Shown: positions 25,867-33,575 of the stretch, piece after piece
How the letters are laid out: each line of letters begins with the position of its first letter
How positions within the stretch are numbered: the stretch's first letter is position 1
Notes under the pieces: generated by a model
Database searches by the model: none
What the model was told of the DNA's origin: nothing
Seen by the model: only the letters and a program-made list of their open reading frames with translations
Made by a program: the position numbers and the translations under genes
Assembly (NCBI GenBank): GCA_017609695.1
Contig: JAFCDM010000016.1
Location: 1 to 42,034, forward strand
DNA length: 42,034 nt
From: Candidatus Pacearchaeota archaeon
GTDB taxonomy: Archaea; Nanobdellota; Nanobdellia; Pacearchaeales; GW2011-AR1
Reading direction: 5' to 3'

Positions 25867-26014
25867 TTATGCAAATTCATATAATATCCCTTATGTTATT
25901 TTTATTGGAGATGAAGAAGTTAAGAAAAAGAAAATAAAATTAAAAAATATGAAATCAGGTAAGGAAAAATTAATTAGTGAAAAATCTTTGGAGAAAGAGA
26001 TTAAAAAATTATAA
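25835..26014 (+). CDS. hisS: Histidine--tRNA ligase C-terminal (anticodon-binding domain) fragment in the +1 frame
   Basis: IYYGKPRKGLDYANSYNIPYVIFIGDEEVKKKKIKLKNMKSGKEKLISEKSLEKEIKKL* is a typical HisRS C-terminus. Confidence 0.7.
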   Translation: MYYGKPRKGLDYANSYNIPYVIFIGDEEVKKKKIKLKNMKSGKEKLISEKSLEKEIKKL

Positions 26015-26024
26015 TCTTTAAAAA

Positions 26025-26279
26025 TTAATCTTTGACAGGCACTAAAAAGCCATAGGCCATGTTTGTTCCATAAGGATGTAAGAATACATTCTGGCTATCA
26101 TGGTCTTTTACGATTGCAAATTCTTTTCTTGCACTTATAATTGAATAACTATCTTTAAGAGAACAAATTAAAAAAGGATTGCCCTTCTCTAGAGCCCTAG
26201 AAAATGCTATTTTAAAAGTTTCAGCATCTCCAATTAATTCTTGAAGACTTTGCATACTAAAAGTCCACGCAATTCCCAT
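26025..26279 (-). CDS. Hypothetical protein
   Basis: 84-aa ORF. Confidence 0.45.
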   Translation of the reverse strand: MGIAWTFSMQSLQELIGDAETFKIAFSRALEKGNPFLICSLKDSYSIISARKEFAIVKDHDSQNVFLHPYGTNMAYGFLVPVKD

Positions 26280-26376
26280 AGAATTAATATTTATCTATTG
26301 TTTAAAAAGATTTATCTAATTAAAAGAATATATTGTTTTTTTAAGTTTCAAAAATTAAACTATCCCTGGATTATAA

Positions 26377-26595
26377 TTATCCCCTAATAAATCTGCCATC
26401 CTCATAAAAAACATGACGACTGATTAAACTCCCATTTTTTGGATTAGGATTTTTTGCACAAGCCCTTGTTTCTCCTAAAGAGACAATTGGCCAATATTCT
26501 TCCCCCACTACTAAGTAATCTCCAAGATTTAAGGTTTCCTGACTAGGCCTAATTTCTCCATCTCCATTGCTATTAAATCTTTTATCCATAATCAA
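26377..26595 (-). CDS. Hypothetical protein
   Basis: 72-aa ORF. Confidence 0.4.
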   Translation of the reverse strand: MIMDKRFNSNGDGEIRPSQETLNLGDYLVVGEEYWPIVSLGETRACAKNPNPKNGSLISRHVFYEDGRFIRG

Positions 26596-26645
26596 AAATA
26601 TCAGATAAACAGGTTTATAAATCTAATTATAATTTATGATATATC

Positions 26646-26759
26646 ATGAAAATACCAAACCCTGGAGAAGTTAGAAAACCAAGCAAGACATTAGCAGGGG
26701 TTACTCCAATAGCTGTGATGTGTAAACCTAAAAAATGTAAGCATGGAACTTGTCTTTAA
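26646..26759 (+). other. elp3: elp3 5' fragment ending at a TAA created by a 33-bp tandem duplication
   Basis: MKIPNPGEVRKPSKTLAGVTPIAVMCKPKKCKHGTCL*, in the same frame as the 26853-28058 ORF. Confidence 0.75.
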
Positions 26760-26791
26760 CCTAAAAAATGTAAGCATGGAACTTGTCTTTA
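26726..26791. repeat. Perfect 33-bp tandem duplication inside elp3
   Basis: acctaaaaaatgtaagcatggaacttgtcttta at 26726-26758 is identical to 26759-26791. The junction creates TAA at 26757-26759. Confidence 0.95.
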
Positions 26792-26852
26792 TTGTCCTTC
26801 TTTAAATGTTCCCCAGTCATATACTCCTAAATCCCCCCCTGTTCTAAGAGCT

Positions 26853-28058
26853 TTGAGATTAAAATATAATGCTTATGAACAAATTAAATCAAGATTAAAA
26901 GCATTTAAGTTAATGAATCATCCAACCCAAAAAATAGAATTAATAATTATGGGTGGAAATTTTTTAGAATATCCAATAAGATACCAAGATGATTTTATAA
27001 AAAAATGTTATGATGCTCTAAATAATAAAGTTTCTAAAACTTTAGAGCAAGCTAAAAAATTAAATGAAAAAGCAAAACATAGATGTGTTGCCTTATGTAT
27101 AGAAACTCGCCCAGATACTTGCACAGAAAAAAACATTAAGAGAATTTTGGATTTTGGATGCACAAGAGTTGAATTAGGGGTTCAGGGTTTAGATGATAAA
27201 ATCTACAAATTTGTGAATAGAGGACACAAAGTTAAGGAAGTTATTGAAGCAACTAAAAGATTAAAAGATTCTGGCTTCAAAGTGGGGTATCATATGATGT
27301 TAGGACTTCCTAAATCTAATTTAAAAAAAGATTTGGAAACTTTTAAAGAATTGTTTTCAAACGAAAATTTTAAACCAGACCAATTAAAAATTTATCCTTG
27401 TCAGGTTATTACTGGAGCACAATTAGTTAGATTATATGAAAAAAAGAAATACAAACCTTATACCAAAGAACAGGTTCAAGAATTGATAATTAAAATTATG
27501 AAACTAATTCCAAATTATTGTAGGGTTATGAGAATTATGAGAGAAATCCCCCCAGAACATTTAGTTGCAGGAATCTTAAGAATAGATTTAAGAAAAGATA
27601 TTGAAGAAGAATTAAAAAAACAAAAAACAAAAATAAAAGAGATTAGATTTCGGGAAATTGGGTTTGCAATAAGAGATTTGAAAAAAGGTGGGAAAATAAA
27701 TGATAAATTAGAATTAAAATTAACAAAATATAAAGCAAGTGATGGAGAAGAATATTTTTTAGAAATTGTTAACAAAGAGAATATTTTATTTGGTTTGTGC
27801 AGGTTAAGGATTTGTGAATCTAAAGGATGGATTAGAGAGCTTCATGTTTATGGGCAGTCTCTAAAAATAGGAGAAAAAGCTAAACAAATAGGACAACATT
27901 CTGGGTTGGGAAAACAATTAATAAAAGAAGCTGAAAAAATTGTTAAAGAGAACGGAATTGGGTTTTTGAAAATTATTTCAGGAGTTGGGGTTAGAGAATA
28001 CTATAGAAAATTAGGTTATAAATTAGATAGGCAAGGCTATATGATTAAAAAAAATTAA
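26853..28058 (+). CDS. elp3: Elp3-type radical-SAM / GNAT tRNA modification enzyme (main ORF; true start is at 26646)
   Basis: The upstream in-frame sequence encodes CKHGTCLYCP (radical-SAM Cys box). Then IELIIMGGNF, CIETRPD, RVELGVQ, and a C-terminal GNAT region (QHSGLGKQLIKEAEKI). Confidence 0.85.
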   Translation: MRLKYNAYEQIKSRLKAFKLMNHPTQKIELIIMGGNFLEYPIRYQDDFIKKCYDALNNKVSKTLEQAKKLNEKAKHRCVALCIETRPDTCTEKNIKRILDFGCTRVELGVQGLDDKIYKFVNRGHKVKEVIEATKRLKDSGFKVGYHMMLGLPKSNLKKDLETFKELFSNENFKPDQLKIYPCQVITGAQLVRLYEKKKYKPYTKEQVQELIIKIMKLIPNYCRVMRIMREIPPEHLVAGILRIDLRKDIEEELKKQKTKIKEIRFREIGFAIRDLKKGGKINDKLELKLTKYKASDGEEYFLEIVNKENILFGLCRLRICESKGWIRELHVYGQSLKIGEKAKQIGQHSGLGKQLIKEAEKIVKENGIGFLKIISGVGVREYYRKLGYKLDRQGYMIKKN

Positions 28059-28073
28059 TAAAAAAATAAAAAA

Positions 28074-28532
28074 TTAAAGTTCGAATTCTCCTATTCCAGG
28101 ACAAGTGCTTCCGCCCCCAACAACTCCGACTTCTACTGAAGTTTCTGCTGCAGTGGTTAAAGTAATTGTTGCCGTATCTAAAGGTGAAGCCAAAGGATTT
28201 GTTTTAGAAACAGTATACTCTGTTGTTATAGTCTTTAGTTCTCCATCAACAAGAACTTTTAATTCTGAAGATTCAAAAGTTCCACCTTGGGCACTTCTTT
28301 TTGCTATGAATGTTGTGTTTGTTGTAGGACAATCTGAACAACTAACCTCCACATCTACTCCAATACATGCTGTTTGTTCTTCTACTTTTTCACTTCCTGA
28401 TTCAATTGTGTTCCCAACAACCTGCCAAACAATAACAATTGCTGCAAGAACTAATAGGATAATTAAAACAGTAGTGATAACTTGTGCTTGGGCATGCTTT
28501 GCTTTTCTATTAATCATATTTCCTCCTTTCAT
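28074..28532 (-). CDS. Archaeal type IV pilin-like protein (class III signal peptide)
   Basis: MINRKAKHAQAQVITTVLIILLVLAAIVIVWQVV has a basic N-terminus followed by a hydrophobic helix. The remainder is Thr/Ser/Val-rich. Preferred over the antisense ORF 28105-28569. Confidence 0.65.
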   Translation of the reverse strand: MKGGNMINRKAKHAQAQVITTVLIILLVLAAIVIVWQVVGNTIESGSEKVEEQTACIGVDVEVSCSDCPTTNTTFIAKRSAQGGTFESSELKVLVDGELKTITTEYTVSKTNPLASPLDTATITLTTAAETSVEVGVVGGGSTCPGIGEFEL

Positions 28533-28703
28533 CTCTTTTAAAATTGCTTATTTAATTAAAGATTTTTAAGTTTATAAATACTTTTATTTTTTTGATGCTC
28601 TCTATAACTTATAAAACTTTAAGTTATGCAATTTGTAACTTAAGCTTCTAACTCTATCTAAGGATATTTTATAAGATACTAGTTATTATCAAGATTATAT
28701 TAT

Positions 28704-29906
28704 TCATTTATTAAACATATCTAAAACCTCAAAAAAATCTTTTTGGCTTATTACTTTGTCAACTTCTGAAATCCCTTTTTGTTCGACAAATTTCCAAAAT
28801 CCCTCTGGTTTATATCCTCTTTTTTTAAGAGAAGTTGCAGTCGGAAGCCTTGGGTCATCCCAACCAGCATATTTTCCTTGTTCTATTGCTTGCCTCATTT
28901 TTGTTGTTGACATCTCTAAATCTTTAAAATGTAATCTTCCAATAAAACTAATCCAAGGATATTGCTTTTCCTTACCTAATGCTTTGTAGATTAATTTTTG
29001 TCTTTTTGCATTATCCCTGTGGTCTTTTCCACGAATGATATGGGTTATTTTCATTTCAATATCATCTACTGTTACAGATAAATTCATTAAAGGCCAAACC
29101 TTATACTTATTTCCTTGCAATGGGTGTTTTGTTATGTTTATCCTTGCTAATGGAAAATCTCTCATAGCAGGATTTTTATCTTGTAAATTAGATTTAAATC
29201 TTAAAACTGCTTGTCCTTGTCCATACCCTTTTTTATCTAACATTTTCTTCCATCTTTGTAAGTTTTCTTTTTTATTCAAATTTCTGCAAGGGCAAGGTTT
29301 CTTTTTTAAAGATAATTCTTTAAATTTTTCTGGAGAACATGTGCAGATATATGCAGAATTTTTATTAATTAATTTTTCAGCATATTTATAGTATAAAATC
29401 ATTCTTTTAGATTGAATTACAATTATTGCTTTATTACTTGTCAGCCATTTAGATTCTTTTTGAATCATCTTATATGCGGGTTTATAAATATTGTCTGGAT
29501 TTGTATCTTCTATTCTAACATAAAATTTCCCCCCATATTTTTTAACATAAAGAAGATTTAGTCCAATTGTTAAGATGTGCCCTAAAGTTAAAGGGCCTGA
29601 TGCAGAGGGTGCAAATCTTGTGATTACTTTTGCTTTTTTTGTATTTGGTAATTCTGGTAAACCTTGTCTTGTTTTCCTATGTTTAATCAGTTTTTGTAAA
29701 TCATTAAATTGTTTCTTTTGCTCATCTATTGATAATGTATTAATTTGTTTTAAAACCTGATTAATCTCTGGAATTATTTTTTTAATTCCTGTTTTTTTCA
29801 AACCTTCTTTAAATAAACTATTAAGAATATTTCCAACAACAGCTTTCCCATTATGTTCTATTGCATTTTTTAAGGCATATGCTTTTATTGTTTTTTGGTT
29901 TATCAT
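28704..29906 (-). CDS. gltX: Glutamyl-tRNA synthetase catalytic core (archaeal type) lacking the C-terminal anticodon-binding domain
   Basis: RFAPSASGPLTLGHILT (HIGH region), YVRIEDTNP, EMSTTK (KMSKS position), GWDDPRLPT. The ORF stops about 65 aa after the KMSKS position at TGA 28704-28706. The next gene downstream is the pilin. Confidence 0.8.
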   Translation of the reverse strand: MINQKTIKAYALKNAIEHNGKAVVGNILNSLFKEGLKKTGIKKIIPEINQVLKQINTLSIDEQKKQFNDLQKLIKHRKTRQGLPELPNTKKAKVITRFAPSASGPLTLGHILTIGLNLLYVKKYGGKFYVRIEDTNPDNIYKPAYKMIQKESKWLTSNKAIIVIQSKRMILYYKYAEKLINKNSAYICTCSPEKFKELSLKKKPCPCRNLNKKENLQRWKKMLDKKGYGQGQAVLRFKSNLQDKNPAMRDFPLARINITKHPLQGNKYKVWPLMNLSVTVDDIEMKITHIIRGKDHRDNAKRQKLIYKALGKEKQYPWISFIGRLHFKDLEMSTTKMRQAIEQGKYAGWDDPRLPTATSLKKRGYKPEGFWKFVEQKGISEVDKVISQKDFFEVLDMFNK

Positions 29907-30044
29907 TTTATTCTTATAATCTAATAAATTTTTAAGTTATACCCTGTTTAGCTTAAGCTTTCCTCTGTTCACTCCTCTTTTTATGAGTTATTAATATCTT
30001 ATTTTTTTATTTTGTTATTATATTAAATAATTTATATTAATAAA

Positions 30045-30998
30045 TTATTGCTCATCTTCAAATCCTGTGATTTCTTCAATCATTTCTTGTTTTAACATAT
30101 CACTAAATAATTCCGCGACTTCTTTTGTAATTTGGTCTATTTCTTCTTGTCTTTTTCTATTAAACTCTTGTCCTTCTAATTCTTGTTTCATATCTTCTAT
30201 ATCTTCTTCTAAACTTTCTACAAATTTATCTTTATTTTTTTTAAAATAATCATGTAAAAAAATCCAAATTTCATCTAAATGTGCTTCTTGTTCTAACCAT
30301 AATTTTTTGGAATTACTTAAATGCAATAAAGGTAAAAAACAAGCTAATTTTTCTTCTCTTTCTTCCCCAGCTAATTTTGAATAGCTAACTTTATTCAAAT
30401 GTTTCTCTTGTGTTTTTGTTTTTTTTCTTAAGTTTGTAAGAATTCTTGCATAAAACTCTCTGATCCTGTCTTTTAAATCTATTCTCCTAAATGAGGGGAA
30501 ATCAATTTCTGAAAGTTTTTTAGCTCTTTTAACATTCACTTCCCTCCTAATTCTCCGAGATTCTGTGTCTATTGCCTTACCTAATGCTGTCATTAATTCT
30601 GCCAAAGTTACTCTTTTTGCTCTTGGGAGAGGAGTTTTAGGTATTAAAATCGGGATTTCATCCTCATCTATCTCAATTCTTTCAAGAACTTGTTTTTCCT
30701 GCTCTTTTTTACCAAATAAAATTTCATCTATGCTTTTAATATATTTGTTAAGTAAAAATTCAGATTTAATTCTTAAAAGTAATGATGCAGCAAGTAAAAC
30801 TTTGCTAGAGATATAAAAATCAGTTTCTTCAAGTTCTGCAAGTTTTTCAAAATATTTATCTGTTAATAAAATAATATCCACTCCCCATGGGTCTAATTGT
30901 TCAGTATGGATTAATTCATAAATAATCCCCTGCCAATCTGGTTTTCTACTTGTGACAATGTCATAAAACTGATTTTGACCTATTTTTTCTTCATCCAT
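30045..30998 (-). CDS. scpA: Segregation and condensation protein A (kleisin)
   Basis: LDPWGVDIILLTDKYFEKLAELEETDFYISSKVLLAASLLLRIKSE. The ORF track starts at TTG 31004; ATG is at 30998. Confidence 0.8.
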   Translation of the reverse strand: MDEEKIGQNQFYDIVTSRKPDWQGIIYELIHTEQLDPWGVDIILLTDKYFEKLAELEETDFYISSKVLLAASLLLRIKSEFLLNKYIKSIDEILFGKKEQEKQVLERIEIDEDEIPILIPKTPLPRAKRVTLAELMTALGKAIDTESRRIRREVNVKRAKKLSEIDFPSFRRIDLKDRIREFYARILTNLRKKTKTQEKHLNKVSYSKLAGEEREEKLACFLPLLHLSNSKKLWLEQEAHLDEIWIFLHDYFKKNKDKFVESLEEDIEDMKQELEGQEFNRKRQEEIDQITKEVAELFSDMLKQEMIEEITGFEDEQ

Positions 30999-31343
30999 AT
31001 ACAATTCAGACCTTGAAAGTTTTTAAATGTATTTTATACTAATATCCTATTGTATTTTTAAGTTATAAACAATCAGACTTAAACCTTTTATCTGTATAAC
31101 TTTCTAAGTTTATATATTATTAGAAATATGATAAAAAGAGGAATTTTTCTTATTTAAAACAATAAAATTAGTTGTTCTTTATTAGTTATTAAAGCAAACC
31201 CTAACTTCTAAGTGATATCTTGATACAAAGTATATATTAGGGCTAAATAAAGCTTATAAACAAACTAAAACAAAAGTATATACTTGAAAATTAAGGATAT
31301 TAGAATCCTTAAATTTAGAGAACGTCATTACATAGTTACAACA

Positions 31344-31360
31344 ATAGAAAGATTTAAATA
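31344..31360 (+). promoter_or_regulatory. Orphan consensus BRE/TATA promoter (ATAGAAAGATTTAAATA) with no plus-strand ORF downstream
   Basis: Same 17-mer core as the fic and TA promoter modules. It lies in a 543-bp gap between two minus-strand genes. Confidence 0.5.
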
Positions 31361-31547
31361 GTATACCTCACTATATTTATTATCACCTCTTTTTCCCAGA
31401 AGAGTCAGGACATGCTTTTTTGTGTGACACCGGCTCCTCTTGGGTTTTGATTCCTTAATTTATAATTTACATGTAAATAAAAAGAAGTAAATAAAATAAT
31501 CCTGTCTAAAATCAGGCACTGTTAATTTATTCTTTGTTTTTGTAATC

Positions 31548-31865
31548 TTAAACAACTTGCAGAATTATTTTATTCTTTTCTGGAACAGAAACTAAAATTT
31601 CTTTTCCAGATTCTAATTTTAAACTTTTAATAATATCTTTATTAAAATACATCCCAAGCCTATCTTGAGATAGTTTTATTATTTTTTGTTTTATTTTTAA
31701 AGGAGTTTCTTTTTCTTTTAATTCATTTATAATTTCCATTGTGCTTTCTGGTTCAAAACTATAATAATCACACCCAGGACACTGGAAACTAATTGCAGGA
31801 GTTTTAATATCTTCTATTTCAACTTCAACTTTTCTTAGTTCTGTATTGCAATTTGGACATTTCAT
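31548..31865 (-). CDS. Zn-ribbon (YgiT/MqsA-like) + AbrB/SpoVT-like putative antitoxin
   Basis: MKCPNCNTEL...FQCPGCDYYSFEPE (two Cys pairs). The C-terminus RLGMYFNKDIIKSLKLESGKEILVSVPEKNKIILQVV is AbrB-like. Its ATG overlaps the upstream stop as ATGA (31865-31862). Confidence 0.55.
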   Translation of the reverse strand: MKCPNCNTELRKVEVEIEDIKTPAISFQCPGCDYYSFEPESTMEIINELKEKETPLKIKQKIIKLSQDRLGMYFNKDIIKSLKLESGKEILVSVPEKNKIILQVV

Positions 31866-32071
31866 CTTATATTTTTTGCATTTATTACCCAAATGACATT
31901 ATCATTTAATTCACAAAGTATGTAATATCTATCTGTTTTTATTTCTATTTTATTTTCTATTTTACGAGGATTTTTTGTTTTTAATATTATTTCTATAACC
32001 CGGCTCCAAGGAAATTTTTTTTCATGATTTTCTTTATAATGTTCTGTTTTCCTTATTGCCTTAAAATACAT
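31862..32071 (-). CDS. Small putative toxin (toxin-first TA arrangement)
   Basis: 69-aa ORF translationally coupled (ATGA) to the Zn-ribbon/AbrB gene. Family uncertain. Confidence 0.45.
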   Translation of the reverse strand: MYFKAIRKTEHYKENHEKKFPWSRVIEIILKTKNPRKIENKIEIKTDRYYILCELNDNVIWVINAKNIR

Positions 32072-32123
32072 TCTTTCACCTTATATTTATAGTCTTTTTG
32101 ACTATATAAATCTTTCTTAAGAA

Positions 32124-32349
32124 TTATTGTTTTTCTTCTTTCTTTTCTTCTTTCTTTTCTTCTTCTTTCTTACTAATAAATTCGGTCAAATGACACTTCC
32201 CACAATATAATCTATTTTTCGCTTTCATTAAAAAAACTCCTACCTCTTGGACAAGTTTTTTCCCTAGTAATTTTATCTCCTTCAATCTTATATTTAGTAT
32301 ACTTCTTAGATGTTGGTTTGTTTTTCTTTTGTTTTTTTCCTTCTGCCAT
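32124..32349 (-). pseudogene. rps27ae: Ribosomal protein S27ae with a frame break inside the first zinc knuckle
   Basis: MAEGKKQKKNKPTSKKYTKYKIEGDKITREKTCPR in one frame, then VGVFLMKAKNRLYCGKCHLTEFISKKEEEKKEEKKEEKQ* in the next. The span is 226 nt, which is not a multiple of 3. Both pieces are below the ORF-track cutoff. Confidence 0.7.
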
Positions 32350-32479
32350 TGCTAAGACAACCTCCTGGTTTTCTTGTGCATCAACTTTCCTCTGAGTTTG
32401 CTTTCGCTTTGCTCAAGTTTTAAATTATTGATATACATATTTAATATAAGATTAATTAAATTAGGGTTTTTATATGTTA

Positions 32480-32680
32480 CTATCCAAAACCTCGGACTCT
32501 CAAATAATAATGAGAGGTAATCAATAAAATAGTTATAAAACCAAGAACCCAAGCTAATTTAACAAGAAATTTTTTTCTTTCATGCATCCATTTCTCAGCA
32601 TAATTTATATCTCTTTTAATATTTTCTTCAATTTTTTTCATATCTTTTTCAATATCTTTCATTTCCTTTTTAAAACTCAT
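32480..32680 (-). CDS. Small single-TM protein
   Basis: 66 aa. Charged N-terminus followed by LVKLAWVLGFITILLITSHYY. Confidence 0.45.
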   Translation of the reverse strand: MSFKKEMKDIEKDMKKIEENIKRDINYAEKWMHERKKFLVKLAWVLGFITILLITSHYYLRVRGFG

Positions 32681-32715
32681 AATTTAGTTAAGAATCACTA
32701 TTTTATAAATGTTTT

Positions 32716-33195
32716 TTAAACTTCTTTATTCTCTTCTTTAGCCTGTTCTTCTTCTTTTATTGCTTTTTCCTCTTCTTCTGGTTTTTCTTCAGTAGGTGCT
32801 TCAACAGGTTTTGTTTCAGATTCTTGTTTTATTTGCTCTGGTTTATCTTCTTCTGGGATTTCACCTTTAGCAGGTTTTTCTTCTTCAACTTCTTCAGCAG
32901 ATTTTGATTTTACTTCTTTAATTTCTTTAGCTTCTGCATCTCTTTGTTTTTTAGTTTTAATCTTATTTTTTTCTAAATCGTCTTTAGAATCATAAACATA
33001 AGCTTTAATTTTAAACTCCTTGCTCCCAAAACTTCCTTTGATGCTATAAACATTAATATTTTCTTCTGGTTTTTTAATTTGTTCAGAAAGTTTTTTCCTC
33101 ATTTCCTCAAAATTTGGATTTTGCTCAGATTCTACTAAAGCATTAATTTCATCTCTTTTTAATAATTCATTTCTTGTGTTTTCTATTATTTGCAT
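32716..33195 (-). CDS. rps24e: Ribosomal protein S24e with a long acidic/Lys-rich C-terminal extension
   Basis: MQIIENTRNELLKRDEINALVESEQNPNFEEMRKKLSEQ...VYSIKGSFGSKEFKIKAYVYDS. Operon context with spt4 and rps27ae. Confidence 0.8.
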   Translation of the reverse strand: MQIIENTRNELLKRDEINALVESEQNPNFEEMRKKLSEQIKKPEENINVYSIKGSFGSKEFKIKAYVYDSKDDLEKNKIKTKKQRDAEAKEIKEVKSKSAEEVEEEKPAKGEIPEEDKPEQIKQESETKPVEAPTEEKPEEEEKAIKEEEQAKEENKEV

Positions 33196-33206
33196 TTTAG
33201 TTTTGA

Positions 33207-33392
33207 TTAAGTTCTGATAGCATAAAGCCCTTTCTTATTTATTTTTAATTTTTTTGCTAACTCTGATTTTTCAGTATCAATAATCTCCACTTTTCCCTTG
33301 AAATTATCTGAAGTATCTTTTCTTTGACAAATAGGGCAAAGGTCCCCCTCATATATTCTCTTACAATTCTTACATGCTTTTTCTTTTGCCAT
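33207..33392 (-). CDS. spt4: Transcription elongation factor Spt4 / RpoE''
   Basis: MAKEKACKNCKRIYEGDLCPICQ zinc ribbon. 61 aa. Downstream of rpoE'. Confidence 0.85.
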   Translation of the reverse strand: MAKEKACKNCKRIYEGDLCPICQRKDTSDNFKGKVEIIDTEKSELAKKLKINKKGLYAIRT

Positions 33393-33394
33393 TT

Positions 33395-33574
33395 TTATTT
33401 TTCCTCTTTTAATTTATAATATGCTTCACAAGTTTTACTATCCCTTTGTGAACAGTCCCTAAACTCTGCTAAGTTTCTCCTCATCATCAGTTGGATTAAA
33501 CAGCAATTATTAAACATACATGGAGAGCCATACTCCCTGCTTCTTTCAATGAATGATGGCAATAACTTTCCCAT
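33395..33574 (-). CDS. Unlisted 59-aa Cys-rich ORF between rpoE' and spt4
   Basis: MGKLLPSFIERSREYGSPCMFNNCCLIQLMMRRNLAEFRDCSQRDSKTCEAYYKLKEEK*. Its ATG lies 1 nt after the rpoE' stop, and its stop lies 2 nt before the spt4 ATG. Confidence 0.5.
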   Translation of the reverse strand: MGKLLPSFIERSREYGSPCMFNNCCLIQLMMRRNLAEFRDCSQRDSKTCEAYYKLKEEK

Positions 33575-33575
33575 T

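Noticed and set aside
28105-28569. 154-aa plus-strand ORF antisense to the pilin-like gene
   Set aside because: It mirrors the minus-strand ORF, which has a convincing class III signal peptide and hydrophobic helix. The plus-strand product has no start context or recognisable features.
32352-32552. 66-aa minus-strand ORF overlapping the 32480-32680 ORF
   Set aside because: It is out of frame with the ORF that has a clear TM segment, and it would also overlap the rps27ae upstream region. It has no supporting features.
33440-33500. C/D-box sRNA (CUGAUGAUGA on the minus strand)
   Set aside because: There is no properly spaced D box (CUGA) or C'/D' pair. The sequence lies inside a tightly coupled small ORF.
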